A stretch of 64,000 nucleotides of DNA from an uncultured delta proteobacterium (GCA_963728565.1 CAVSLC010000013.1:64001-128000), one strand, 5' to 3'; positions 29,592-39,995 are shown, counted from the stretch's first letter. The notes: generated by a model not told the origin, from the letters alone. Numbers and translations are program-made.

Positions 29592-31004
29592 TCAATCCCG
29601 GCGCGAAATGGCGTGCGTGGCCGTGCCATAGAAGCCTTCCGCCGCCTCCATCAAGGTCTCCGAAAGGGTGGGGTGCGGATGGACCGAATCAGCGATATCC
29701 CTGGCTGTTGCGCCCATTTCAACTGCCAAAACACCTTCGCTTATCAACTCACCGGCTCCGACTCCAACAATCCCGACTCCGAGAATTCTTTCCGTTTCCG
29801 GCTCGACCAGCAGCTTGGTGAGACCATCGGGACGATCAAGAGTGAGTGCTCTCCCCGACGCTCCCCACGAAAATTTCGCCACGTTCACCTCGATGCCCCT
29901 GTCTTTAGCTTCGCTCTCTGTCAACCCGCACCAAGCAACTTCAGGATTAGTATAGACCACGGCTGGAATGATGACATCATCGAACGCGCTCGCATGTCCC
30001 AGTATTGACTCAACCGCAATCTTGGCCTCTTTGGACGCGCGGTGTGCCAGTAACGCGCCGCCATTGACATCGCCGATAGCGTAGATGTTTGGATCATCGG
30101 TTTGTTGTTGCGGATTACACTGAATGAACCCTTTGTCGTTTTTGGTGACTCGTGTGTTCTCAAGTCCAAGATCACTATAGTTGGGCGCTCGGCCGACGCT
30201 CACCAAGACGCGATCATAAAGCTCTTCGCGCTGTTCCTTATCCTTTTGCGTCGTCACTTTGATTTGTTTGCCTGCGGTGGCCATCTTCAAGACCTTGGTG
30301 TCGACGCGGATTTCTTTGAACGCCTTCTGGGCAATTCGAGTCACCGGGCGAACCAGATCGGGATCGACGCCGGTCAGAATAGAGGATAGGGCCTCAAGCA
30401 CGACAACATTGCTGCCAAGCGCGGCATAAACTGTTCCTAGTTCCATGCCGATGTAGCCGCCCCCGACAACCAGCAGATCGCGTGGAACATCTTCAATCTC
30501 CAAAGCCTCAGTCGATGTCATGATGCGCTTATTGCCCAAATCGAATGCAGAAGGCATGGCCGGCTTCGAGCCGACAGCGATGATAGCCTTCTCGTAACGA
30601 ATAAATTTCTGCCCTTCGGATGTTTCAACTCTTAGTGTTTGTGAATCCTCGAAATGCCCCCTGCCGTGGATCATTTGAACGCCGCGTTTTTGAGCGAGTC
30701 CCTTTATTCCTTGCCCTAACTTCTCCAAAATCGAATTCTTCCAACTGCGCAGTTGATCCAGATTGATCTGCGCAGTCCCGAATTCGATACCGCGAGCGGC
30801 TGACTCTTTGGCTTCCCGCAGGATTTCGGTGGCATGTAAAAGTGCCTTTGACGGAATGCATCCGACGTTTAGACAAATGCCGCCGAGCCGTGGGCTTTGT
30901 TCGACTAAGGTCACTTTTTTACCGTTGTCTGCCGCATAGAAGGCTGCCGTATAACCGCCAGGCCCGGCGCCGACAATTACGATTTCAGTGCTGATCGGTT
31001 CCAT
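29592..31004 (-). CDS. lpdA: Dihydrolipoyl dehydrogenase (E3)
   Basis: GAGPGGY, GGICLNVGCIPSK, GGGYIG, HPHPTLSE. Confidence 0.95.
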   Translation of the reverse strand: MEPISTEIVIVGAGPGGYTAAFYAADNGKKVTLVEQSPRLGGICLNVGCIPSKALLHATEILREAKESAARGIEFGTAQINLDQLRSWKNSILEKLGQGIKGLAQKRGVQMIHGRGHFEDSQTLRVETSEGQKFIRYEKAIIAVGSKPAMPSAFDLGNKRIMTSTEALEIEDVPRDLLVVGGGYIGMELGTVYAALGSNVVVLEALSSILTGVDPDLVRPVTRIAQKAFKEIRVDTKVLKMATAGKQIKVTTQKDKEQREELYDRVLVSVGRAPNYSDLGLENTRVTKNDKGFIQCNPQQQTDDPNIYAIGDVNGGALLAHRASKEAKIAVESILGHASAFDDVIIPAVVYTNPEVAWCGLTESEAKDRGIEVNVAKFSWGASGRALTLDRPDGLTKLLVEPETERILGVGIVGVGAGELISEGVLAVEMGATARDIADSVHPHPTLSETLMEAAEGFYGTATHAISRRD

Positions 31005-31007
31005 AGT

Positions 31008-32315
31008 TCATTTATTTACTATTACGTCCGCTTCGTCGAACGATTGCAGTTCCATGATGACGTCTTTCAAAAAACGCACCGCATTGGCGCCATCGAGAAC
31101 GCGATGATCATAGGCCAAGCACAACGGCAGCATGTTTCTCACCGCTATCTTTCCATCGACGACAACCGGCTTATTCTGTCCCTGGCCGACACCGAGGATT
31201 GCCACCTGGGGCGCATAGATAATCGGTGTGAAGTGGCTTCCGCCGATACTCCCCTGATTGGAAATGGTAATGGTGCCGCCTTGCAGTTCCTCGAGCCCGA
31301 TCTTTCGCTCACGGGTTTTTTGGGTTAAATCCTGAAGTTCACGCGATAGTTGCAGCAAGTTTTTTTTGTCCACATCCCGCAGAACCGGGACAATCAATCC
31401 GGCATCGGTGTCCACAGCGATGCCGATATGACAATAATCTTTCAATATCAGTTCTCCGGTTGTTTCGTCGAGACTCGCGTTCGCCATAGGATGTTTTTTC
31501 AAAGCTCGCGCCAGTACCAAGAGAATGAAGGAAGTCAAAGTCAGACGGGCACCACTTTCTTCGTAAGCTGAGTTGTGTTTCTTGCGAAGCGAAAGGATTG
31601 CAGTAATATCTGCCTCGTCGAATTGATTTATTTTCGGAATAGTTGTCCAGGACTCCAACATGCGGCGGCTGACAGTTCGTCGTAAGGGAGATAACTTCTC
31701 TCGACGAACCGGACCCCACTTGGAAAAATCGATAACCTCCCTGGGAGCGGCGGGAGCGCTTTGGCCGGATCCCTGGGGCTGCTGGAGCTCCTGCAATTGC
31801 TGTATGTATGCTCGCACATCGGCCATGCGGATCCTTCCGCCGGCTTCACTGCCGCGAACTCTTGTCAGGTCAATGCCAAGCTCTTGGGCAATCTTCCGCA
31901 CAGAGGGGGGCGCCGGCGGCGCCATTCCGGCACTCGACTGGTAACGAAAAGTCTCGGCGGTTTTCTGCCCGGCCTCGGGTTCGGCAGCTGTTCGACTCGT
32001 TGGAGCCGGGGCGACGTTAGGTTGCGCGCGGTTGGCGGACGAACTCGGCGCTGAATTCGTCGCTTCACTTACCGCTGTCTTGGAACCACTTTCAATGGAA
32101 ATCAGGACCTGTCCAACCGAGACCTCCATCCCTTCTTTGACGTGAACTTTGGTAACCGTACCGCTGCTGGGAGAGGGTATCGAGCCGACCGCTTTCTGAG
32201 TCTCCAACTCCATGAAAGCCTGATCCTTGTTGATCTCCTGGCCTTCGGAGACAAGAATGTTAACTACTGTTCCGGATTCCACACCCTCAGCGAGTTGCGG
32301 GAGTTTAACGTCCAT
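31008..32315 (-). CDS. aceF: Pyruvate dehydrogenase E2 acetyltransferase (one lipoyl domain)
   Basis: ETQKA lipoyl site, PSVRKIAQELGIDL binding domain, DHRVLDG. Confidence 0.9.
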   Translation of the reverse strand: MDVKLPQLAEGVESGTVVNILVSEGQEINKDQAFMELETQKAVGSIPSPSSGTVTKVHVKEGMEVSVGQVLISIESGSKTAVSEATNSAPSSSANRAQPNVAPAPTSRTAAEPEAGQKTAETFRYQSSAGMAPPAPPSVRKIAQELGIDLTRVRGSEAGGRIRMADVRAYIQQLQELQQPQGSGQSAPAAPREVIDFSKWGPVRREKLSPLRRTVSRRMLESWTTIPKINQFDEADITAILSLRKKHNSAYEESGARLTLTSFILLVLARALKKHPMANASLDETTGELILKDYCHIGIAVDTDAGLIVPVLRDVDKKNLLQLSRELQDLTQKTRERKIGLEELQGGTITISNQGSIGGSHFTPIIYAPQVAILGVGQGQNKPVVVDGKIAVRNMLPLCLAYDHRVLDGANAVRFLKDVIMELQSFDEADVIVNK

Positions 32316-32338
32316 ATCACTTTGTAGGCTGTTCGGGC

Positions 32339-35059
32339 TTATAGGTAAAACGGAAATGATTTTTCAGGATCTATTCCGAGTTTTTTTAAGGCGGACTCGA
32401 CCGTCTGGGCCGGCAGTAAGCCCTTTTGGTAGAGAGCATAGAGGGTAGCCACAGTGGTAAGCTCAGCGTCGACTTCGAAAAATCGCCTCAAATTGGCCCT
32501 GGTATCGCTGCGTCCGAAGCCATCGGTGCCGAGTGTCGTCAGCCCGCCCGGCACCCACGGCGCTATCTGATCGGGTACCATTTTCATGTAATCGGATACC
32601 GCGATAAAAACACCCTCTTCGTTCTGTAGCAGGGACTCCAAATACGACTTCTTGGGCGTCGCGGTTGGATGAAGCATATTCCATCGCTTGGTGCGAAGCG
32701 CGTCGCCTCGGAGTAGCTTGTAACTGGTAGCGCTCCACACGTCTGCTGAAACGTCAAATTGTTCCGCGAGCATTTCCTGAGCGCGCAAGGCTTCGCGAAG
32801 TAGCGGTCCGCTGCCGAATAGATGCGCCTTGTGCGCCTTCCCTCTAGGAGCTGATTTGAAACGGTAGAGGCCCTTGATAATCCCGTCTTCTATCCCCTCA
32901 GGCATCCCGGGCATTGGATAACTCTCATTGTAAAGGGTCAGATAGTAAAAGTATTCTTCGCCGTCGGCATACATCCGTTTCAAGCCGTCGCGAATGATCA
33001 CCGCTATTTCGTAAGCAAACGCCGCATCATAGGTGAGAAGTGTCGGCACAGTGCTGGCCAAGAGATGGCTGTGACCGTCTTGATGTTGCAGGCCCTCGCC
33101 GTTTAGTGTGGTGCGGCCCGCGGTGGCGCCTAACAGAAACCCTTTGCTTTTACTGTCGGCCGCTGCCCAAATCAAATCTCCGATCCGTTGGAACCCGAAC
33201 ATCGAGTAATAGAAATAGAAGGGGATCATGTTGGTCCCAAGATTGGCGTACGAAGTTCCGGCGGCAATAAACGAGGACATAGCGCCCGCTTCGGTAATGC
33301 CTTCTTCAAGGATCTGCCCCTCTTTCGCTTCGTTATAATAGAGCAGAGTTTCCCGATCGACCGGTTCGTAGAGTTGACCCTTCGATGAATAGATCCCGAT
33401 CTGGCGAAACAGAGAGTCCATGCCGAAGGTTCTAGCTTCATCCGGAATGATCGGCACAATCCGCTTGCCAATCTCTTGATCGCGCAGGAGTTTTGTCAGA
33501 ATCCTAACCGTCGCCATTGTTGTCGACATTGCGTGTTCTGCTGAACCCTTGAGGAATTCTCCGTACTCGCCCGCATCCGGCACTTTAAGTGCTGTGGCGC
33601 TGACTTTTCGTTCCGGGACAAAGCCGCGCAATTGTTTTCTTCGTTCCAGTAGGTATTGGGTTTCAGGACTATCCAGCGGTGGACGGTAAAAAGGCGTTTC
33701 GACAACTTCCTCATCCGGCAGCGGAATGTCGAAACGTGTGCGAAACTCGCGCAGCTCGCGTTCATTGAGCTTCTTCTGCTGATGAGTAATGTTGCGACCT
33801 TCTCCTGCCTCCCCCAAGCCGTAGCCCTTGACAGTTTTGGCCAAGATGACGGTCGGCGCGCCTTTGTGTTCGACCGCGGCCTTATAGGCTGCATAAACCT
33901 TTGCCGGATCATGACCGCCCCGCAGCAATTTGCGTATTTGATCGTCGGTGAGGTGGTTTACTCTCTCCAGAAGCTCGGGATACTTGCCGAAGAAGTGTTT
34001 GCGAGTATAGCTGCCCGGCTCTACCGAATATTTCTGATAATCTCCGTCTACCGCCTCCTCCATTCTTTTGAGCAGCAATCCATCGTTATCCGCTTCAAGC
34101 AGCGGGTCCCAATTTGACCCCCAAATGACTTTGATCACGTTCCAGCCCGCGCCCCGAAAAAGCGATTCTAGCTCTTGAATGATTTTCCCGTTGCCGCGCA
34201 CAGGACCGTCCAGCCTTTGCAGATTGCAATTCACAACCCAGATTAGGTTATCTAGATTTTCGCGAGACGCCACTGTGAGTGCTCCAGAGGCTTCGGGCTC
34301 GTCCATCTCACCGTCGCCCGGGAAACACCAAACTCGCGGCTCTTCGCCCCTCAATAAGCCCCGGCTTTTTAAATACCGATTAAAGCGCGCCTGATAAATT
34401 GACATGATCGGCGCGAGCCCCATCGATACTGATGGAAATTGCCAGAAACTGGGCATTAGATACGGATGAGGATAGGATGAAACACCCCCGACGTTTGATA
34501 GCTCTTGTCTGAAGTGATGAAGCTTGGGCGCGTTGATTCTCCACTCCACATAAGCGCGCGAATACGATCCGGGAGAAGCATGGCCTTGGAAATAGATCAT
34601 ATCCGCATTGTTCTCGCCGTCGCTTCCTCTGAAGAAATGGTTTAGCCCAACCTCATAGAGAGTTGCCGCAGACGCATAAGTCGAAATGTGGCCGCCGATG
34701 TCGGCGTGAAGTCGATTGGCTTTAACCACCATCGCCATGGCGTTCCAACGCACGTAGCTCTTGATCCGCCTTTCGATCTCGCGATTGCCCGGATACTTCG
34801 GCTCTTTCTCTGCCCGGATGGTGTTGAGATAGGGTGTGCTGATCCTGTCGGGAACTTTGAGTCCTGATTCGCGTAAACGATCCGCAAGCTCGTCCAGAAG
34901 GTGACCGGCTTGTTCCGATTCTTCATTCTTTAGAATATATTCGAGTATGTACTCCAGAGAAGCAACCCACTTGTTTCGATCGCTCCTGAGTCCTTTGCCG
35001 TTGCCGCGGGTGGTTTCAGGGTTGGGAGTGTGAGCCGCGTCTTTTTCTTCTCGCTCCAT
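32339..35059 (-). CDS. aceE: Pyruvate dehydrogenase E1, homodimeric type
   Basis: GGHISTYAS, FQGHASPG, GDGEMDEPE...NCNLQRLDGP, GEGLQHQDG, GFGRSDTR. Confidence 0.95.
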   Translation of the reverse strand: MEREEKDAAHTPNPETTRGNGKGLRSDRNKWVASLEYILEYILKNEESEQAGHLLDELADRLRESGLKVPDRISTPYLNTIRAEKEPKYPGNREIERRIKSYVRWNAMAMVVKANRLHADIGGHISTYASAATLYEVGLNHFFRGSDGENNADMIYFQGHASPGSYSRAYVEWRINAPKLHHFRQELSNVGGVSSYPHPYLMPSFWQFPSVSMGLAPIMSIYQARFNRYLKSRGLLRGEEPRVWCFPGDGEMDEPEASGALTVASRENLDNLIWVVNCNLQRLDGPVRGNGKIIQELESLFRGAGWNVIKVIWGSNWDPLLEADNDGLLLKRMEEAVDGDYQKYSVEPGSYTRKHFFGKYPELLERVNHLTDDQIRKLLRGGHDPAKVYAAYKAAVEHKGAPTVILAKTVKGYGLGEAGEGRNITHQQKKLNERELREFRTRFDIPLPDEEVVETPFYRPPLDSPETQYLLERRKQLRGFVPERKVSATALKVPDAGEYGEFLKGSAEHAMSTTMATVRILTKLLRDQEIGKRIVPIIPDEARTFGMDSLFRQIGIYSSKGQLYEPVDRETLLYYNEAKEGQILEEGITEAGAMSSFIAAGTSYANLGTNMIPFYFYYSMFGFQRIGDLIWAAADSKSKGFLLGATAGRTTLNGEGLQHQDGHSHLLASTVPTLLTYDAAFAYEIAVIIRDGLKRMYADGEEYFYYLTLYNESYPMPGMPEGIEDGIIKGLYRFKSAPRGKAHKAHLFGSGPLLREALRAQEMLAEQFDVSADVWSATSYKLLRGDALRTKRWNMLHPTATPKKSYLESLLQNEEGVFIAVSDYMKMVPDQIAPWVPGGLTTLGTDGFGRSDTRANLRRFFEVDAELTTVATLYALYQKGLLPAQTVESALKKLGIDPEKSFPFYL

Positions 35060-35115
35060 GGAAGTCTCCTAGCGGTTTAGCAGACAACAAAAAGTCACCG
35101 AAATCAACTAACCCG

Positions 35116-35835
35116 ATGCAATATATCGAACTTACTCTGCCTGATCCAGCAAGCAATCTCGCCTGCGACGAGGCGTTGGTTGAACTATTCGAAGCTCGAC
35201 GCGCACCGGATGGTCTCCTAAGAATCTGGGAACCGGAAAGTCATTTCGTTGTGTTGGGTCATTCGAATCGGATCGATTCCGAGGTGGATCTCGCAGCCTG
35301 TGAGTCCGAGCGACTTTCGATTTTTCGCCGGTTGAGCGGCGGCGGAACTATTATGCAGGGACCTGGCTGTCTGAACTATAGTTTGATCTTACGAAATGGC
35401 GTCGACATTCCTCTAGGCATCGCAGAATCGTTCCAGGTGGTGTTGGAGCATCATAAGCAATGCATTGAAGAAATGATAGGGGATTGTGTGGACATTGCCG
35501 GTGTAAGCGATCTTGTTATCGATGGTCGGAAATTTTCCGGCAACGCGCAATACCGCAAGCGCCGGTTTACTCTAGTGCACGGGACTTTTTTACTCAATCT
35601 AGATCCGGCAATCGTTGCTCGCTGTTTGCGGCTACCCTCGAAACAGCCGGTCTATCGTCAGAAGCGATCGCATGACTCTTTCATGCGCAATCTTCATCTA
35701 GATCCCAAAAACGTGCGTCAAGCACTGAAAGCGGTATGGTCTGCAAGCGATCAATTCAGCGAGGTTCCGACCGCCATGATCGCCGATCTTAAGAAGAGCC
35801 GCTATGGACGGCCAGATTGGACACGCAAATTCTGA
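35116..35835 (+). CDS. Lipoate-protein ligase A family protein
   Basis: NLACDEAL, RRLSGGG, KFSGNAQ, HGTFL; divergent from the PDH operon. Confidence 0.85.
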   Translation: MQYIELTLPDPASNLACDEALVELFEARRAPDGLLRIWEPESHFVVLGHSNRIDSEVDLAACESERLSIFRRLSGGGTIMQGPGCLNYSLILRNGVDIPLGIAESFQVVLEHHKQCIEEMIGDCVDIAGVSDLVIDGRKFSGNAQYRKRRFTLVHGTFLLNLDPAIVARCLRLPSKQPVYRQKRSHDSFMRNLHLDPKNVRQALKAVWSASDQFSEVPTAMIADLKKSRYGRPDWTRKF

Positions 35836-35904
35836 AGGATCGATTACAAGAAGACGTCAGAATATTGGGCACCGACGCTCCCGTTAAAGAGACGTGATAA
35901 AAAG

Positions 35905-35981
35905 TGGTGGCGGTGGGCGGAGTCGAACCGCCGACGCCGCGGATATGAGCCGCGTGCTCTGACCAACTGAGCTACACCGCC
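35905..35981 (-). tRNA. tRNA-Met (CAT), elongator type
   Basis: GGCGGTGTAGCTCAGTTGGTCAGAGCACGCGG-CTCATAT-CCGCGGCGTCGGCGGTTCGACTCCGCCCACCGCCACCA: full cloverleaf, G1-C72 pair, encoded CCA. Confidence 0.9.
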
Positions 35982-36016
35982 GTGGAATTCTAAATTAAGC
36001 TGGGATGGCGAAAAGA

Positions 36017-36745
36017 TCAAGGAGCATGGAGCTTGGGCCTTTTGTTCCAGTTGTCGTGGACCAAGATCTTCTGAATAGTTTTCGTTCCTCGCTTGATTTG
36101 AAAGAGGACTTTCTCTTCGATCGCAAAACAGCTCAGCTTATTCCCGTAAACAAGCCCGGTATCCAATCCGATTTTGTACGGAAGATCGAACAGCGCTTCT
36201 TTTTGCGGAGTGTGGCCGAAGACAACGGTGAAAGGAAGTTTGTGCGGATTGCGAATAAACTCGCCCCGAATCCAATACATCTCCGCGGCGCTTTGTTCTT
36301 CTAACGTTTTAAGCGGCTGAATTCCAGCGTGAACGCATAGATACGGTTTTACCAGATAGAAGGTCTCAAGATTCTGATAAAATCTTAAATGTGCTGGTGG
36401 AAGTTGTTCGGCAACTTCAATGCCGCCGAAGGTACGTGCGGGGATGCCATAACTGGCGAGAGTAGCAAGGCCGCCATTACTTAAAAAGACATCTCCATGG
36501 TTCCCTGACAAGCCGAGGTAATCCAAAAACATGTCTTCATGGTTCCCCTTCAGAAAAACTGCTTCTACGTTCGCTTGCTTCGGAAGTTCCAAGAGGTAAG
36601 AAACTACACCCATGGAATCAGGACCACGGTCAATATAATCGCCCAGGAAAATCAGGCGGTCGCCGTGTTCAATAGGCAACTGTTCGATGAGATAGCGGAG
36701 TTCGGCTAGACAGCCGTGTATGTCTCCAACCACATAAGAAGTCAT
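36017..36745 (-). CDS. Metallophosphoesterase, Ser/Thr protein phosphatase (PPP/ApaH-like)
   Basis: GDIHG, GDYIDRG, GNHE, HAG, FGHTP, DTG. Confidence 0.9.
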   Translation of the reverse strand: MTSYVVGDIHGCLAELRYLIEQLPIEHGDRLIFLGDYIDRGPDSMGVVSYLLELPKQANVEAVFLKGNHEDMFLDYLGLSGNHGDVFLSNGGLATLASYGIPARTFGGIEVAEQLPPAHLRFYQNLETFYLVKPYLCVHAGIQPLKTLEEQSAAEMYWIRGEFIRNPHKLPFTVVFGHTPQKEALFDLPYKIGLDTGLVYGNKLSCFAIEEKVLFQIKRGTKTIQKILVHDNWNKRPKLHAP

Positions 36746-36844
36746 TACCCGCTCATCGTAGGTCACTGCGACTGATACTTCAAACTGCGCATACGTGATC
36801 TATTAAAAATTGACGCAAATCATCGCATTTGATAGAAGAATGCA

Positions 36845-37219
36845 ATGAAGATCCGTGACGTTTACTCGAGCTATCCGCTTATGTTGGGAATTTTGTGTCT
36901 ATTTCTCGGCGCTGGAAATTGGATTGTTGGCATTTCTGAGAGTGCGAAATATCAAGCGCTATTACACAAAACCGCACAGACGGGCCTAGAAGAATCTTAC
37001 CGCAGCTTCCAGGAACTGGATCAACAGAAGAATGAAGAGGTTCTGCTGCGAATCAATAAAGACAGGGAGAGGTATAACGCCGCGCGTGTCAAATTAGACT
37101 TTTACCACGTCGTTCTGATTGGCGGGCGCTGGCTACTACTGATTGGGGCTGGGGTAACTGTGGCATCGATCATACGCCTGATACGCCGGGATGCTCCCGT
37201 GAGTATCTCGGCCACTTAA
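36845..37219 (+). CDS. Hypothetical two-TM membrane protein
   Basis: N- and C-terminal hydrophobic segments flanking a charged helical loop; ATG start. Confidence 0.65.
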   Translation: MKIRDVYSSYPLMLGILCLFLGAGNWIVGISESAKYQALLHKTAQTGLEESYRSFQELDQQKNEEVLLRINKDRERYNAARVKLDFYHVVLIGGRWLLLIGAGVTVASIIRLIRRDAPVSISAT

Positions 37220-37231
37220 TGCCTGCGCTCG

Positions 37232-38254
37232 TTATTTGGACGGCTTCGATTTCTGATATTTACGGTAATCGTATCCGGTGGCCATGGCGAGTAGGATATC
37301 TTCCATTCCACCGGTTTTCTCGCGTCTCAGAATAAGCAATCGTTCATAGAACTCTTTGAAGTCTTTATACACCCGTTGATTTTCGTCTACTTTACGCAGA
37401 AAAAAGTCCTTAATACGAGTAACCGTGAACCTCAATGCTGAGAAGCGTAGTTCATTAGGAAACGAATCCCACTCTGGAAGAGACAACGGCCGCAAACTCT
37501 CGTAACCAGAAATCAGCGCCTCAAAGCGATCGATACGATACCTGCCATCGACAAAGCACAGCGCGTTAACGGCGGTAGCTAGATCGTAAATGAGCTTTCC
37601 ACGGCAGGCTGCCTCAAAGTCCAGGACTCCAACCAAGCGGGTACCCTTGAATTTAACGTTGTCAGGAAAGAGATCTCCATGGATTATGCCTTTCGGCAAA
37701 TTGTTGTCTAAATAGTTCTCGAGATAGGAAAATTCATCGTCTAAAACCCTTATAATATGCTTCAGATGAGGTGGGAGCTGCCGCCGCGCCTCTCGATAAG
37801 TCATGACGATCCGGTTGAAACCAAAGCGATTATCTATCCCTTTTTTGTATCCCCGGCCGATAAGATGGAGATTGGCTAAAGCGTTGCCCAACGCGGTCAG
37901 ATGCGTCGCAGTTAGCGATTCGACCCCAAGGTCGGCCCCTTCCAGGTAACGGCTGATGGTCAGGATCTTGCCATTAAATTCTACATAATGACGGCCGGTT
38001 TTACTCTTGATCGGCTGCAAACAAGGAAAGCCCTGCTTTTTCAGATAGAAAAGCAAATCAAGCTCCTGCTTGACTTCTAATTCTCCCTTAATTTCGTCTA
38101 TTTTGGCGAAAAAGCGTCCACGCTTGGTCTCAAGAAGATAGTGCGTGTTTACAGAGCCGTTTTTGATCCCGGTAATACTGACAAGTTCGCCGAGAGCAAA
38201 CTCATCGGCGAGTTTGATAGCGTCTTTTTTCGCCAGTGTCGTGTAGATAGCCAT
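37232..38254 (-). CDS. thrB: Homoserine kinase type II (APH-like phosphotransferase)
   Basis: MAIYT, GSVNTHY, LPKGIIHGDLFPDNV, LDFE, ALRF..TR. Confidence 0.75.
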   Translation of the reverse strand: MAIYTTLAKKDAIKLADEFALGELVSITGIKNGSVNTHYLLETKRGRFFAKIDEIKGELEVKQELDLLFYLKKQGFPCLQPIKSKTGRHYVEFNGKILTISRYLEGADLGVESLTATHLTALGNALANLHLIGRGYKKGIDNRFGFNRIVMTYREARRQLPPHLKHIIRVLDDEFSYLENYLDNNLPKGIIHGDLFPDNVKFKGTRLVGVLDFEAACRGKLIYDLATAVNALCFVDGRYRIDRFEALISGYESLRPLSLPEWDSFPNELRFSALRFTVTRIKDFFLRKVDENQRVYKDFKEFYERLLILRREKTGGMEDILLAMATGYDYRKYQKSKPSK

Positions 38255-38836
38255 CTCTTAAGTTACTGACTGATTTCAGTTTTTTAACGAAAGATTCTCA
38301 CCGGATCGCTAACCCCGCTAAATATAATGGAAAAAGATGCTTATGTCAATAACCAAGTCTGCTCAATCATGGTAAACAAGAGCGTACCGATGGATTGTAG
38401 ATAATATCAATATAGATAACCGGGCGGGATCTACAGTCGGAGAAACGAGGAAACCCAGCTCCGAGGAACTTTCTTTTCCGGAACTCTTTTTGGGCCAGAA
38501 GTTTCAGCGCAAATTGATTCAATTGCCGGACTTTGATGGGTAGGCAAGATCAAATCCTTGATCATCGGTTTGAACGTGAGCGTTAAGAAACGTGTTATTA
38601 CACAAGCACGTGGATAAACTTTTCTCTTGACAATTCTACATACGTTTTCTTAATGTCCCTGGCGGTGAGTTCGGTGGCTTGTCACTAGTGGGACACCCCA
38701 GCGGTATTGATGACAATTCGGGGTAGAGTGTTTGGAATTAGACTAGTTAATGTACGAGAACGGCTTTGATCGGGGCAGTACCGTAAGATTCAGTCCGCAT
38801 GCTGTAGCCCGGTAACATCGACAGGAGGTTTAGGGA

Positions 38837-39037
38837 ATGGCAACTGGAAAGGTAAAGTGGTTCAATAATTCCAAGGGTTATGGTTTCATTGAAAAAGAGG
38901 GAGGCGGCGATGTGTTTGTTCACTACACCGCCATTCAAGGCGATGGATTCAAGACTCTTAATGAAGGCCAGCTGGTCGAATTTGAACTATCCCAAGGAGA
39001 TAAAGGCCCCCAAGCGATCAACGTCACAAAAGTTTGA
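38837..39037 (+). CDS. Cold-shock protein
   Basis: [31 protein letters not shown]; AGGAGG RBS. Confidence 0.95.
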   Translation: MATGKVKWFNNSKGYGFIEKEGGGDVFVHYTAIQGDGFKTLNEGQLVEFELSQGDKGPQAINVTKV

Positions 39038-39177
39038 ATAGAAACAAGGAACTGCCTCCCGGGAGCAAGAAAACTCGCGTACCCCGCGATTCTTAATAAA
39101 CCGTTTGCACGGGTTACCTTGTAGTTCAGTCGCTTGTTTAGTCGCGGGAGAGAAATGGAAGAGAGGAATACTAGATC

Positions 39178-39690
39178 ATGCAAGTGGATAGGCTGAACAC
39201 GGTCAACGACTCCAATTTTGGGCAGGACCGACTCCTGAATGAGACAGTAGTTCTGACGCGTTTAGACAAGGCGATTGGTTGGGCACGTAAATATTCCTTG
39301 TTTCCGTATCCGTTTGCGACAGCCTGCTGTGCGATGGAGTATATGTCGTTATCGATGTCGCCCTACGATATCGACCGTTTCGGCGCGCTTCTGCCCCGCT
39401 TCAGCCCACGTCAGGCAGATCTGTTGATGGTGATTGGCACTGTCAATCATAAGTTGTCGCCAGTTTTAAAGCGTGTCTATGAACAAATGTCCGAACCTAA
39501 ATGGGTTATGGCATTTGGTGCATGCGCGGCCAGCGGCGGTTTCTATGATAATTATGCCACTGTCCAAGGAATTGATCGCATCATTCCAGTCGACGTTTAT
39601 GTCCCGGGTTGCCCGCCACGGCCTGAAGCAGTACTTGATGGCCTGATGGAGTTGCAAAAGCGGATTGCAAATGCAAAGCAGCCCGTATGA
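39178..39690 (+). CDS. nuoB: NADH-quinone oxidoreductase subunit B (orphan)
   Basis: ACCAMEY, SPRQADL, GACAASGG, PGCPPRPE. Confidence 0.92.
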   Translation: MQVDRLNTVNDSNFGQDRLLNETVVLTRLDKAIGWARKYSLFPYPFATACCAMEYMSLSMSPYDIDRFGALLPRFSPRQADLLMVIGTVNHKLSPVLKRVYEQMSEPKWVMAFGACAASGGFYDNYATVQGIDRIIPVDVYVPGCPPRPEAVLDGLMELQKRIANAKQPV

Positions 39691-39995
39691 GCGATGAGGT
39701 GACAGGCATCCTTGCGCAAAACGATGATCTGTTTCACCACGGCGTAATTACTAAATTATTTCCCTCTAATAACACCGGTATTGTGCGAATCGAGAGCGGC
39801 CGTGAAGTCTTCTTTTCGTACGAATTCGTGGTTCTTACCGGCGAAGTCAAATCGCCACTGCATCTAAAGGTCGGACAGCCGGTGGGTTACGACCTGGGGT
39901 GGACTCCTAGCGGACTTCGAGTCACTAAAATAAAGACATATCCGACGAGCAGCGTCGTCCAGGCGACCGACACTTCAAATAGGCAGGGAAGTTAA
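39687..39995 (+). CDS. Divergent cold-shock/OB-fold-like protein
   Basis: GVITKLFPSNNTGIV..ESGREVFF and LKVGQPVGYDLGWTPSGLRVTKI parallel the CSD strands; ATGA overlap with nuoB. Confidence 0.6.
   Translation: MSDEVTGILAQNDDLFHHGVITKLFPSNNTGIVRIESGREVFFSYEFVVLTGEVKSPLHLKVGQPVGYDLGWTPSGLRVTKIKTYPTSSVVQATDTSNRQGS

Noticed and set aside
37571-37578. ops-like GGCGGTAG (also at about 55892)
   Set aside because: Both lie inside coding sequence (antisense in thrB, deep within ggt), not in an operon leader.
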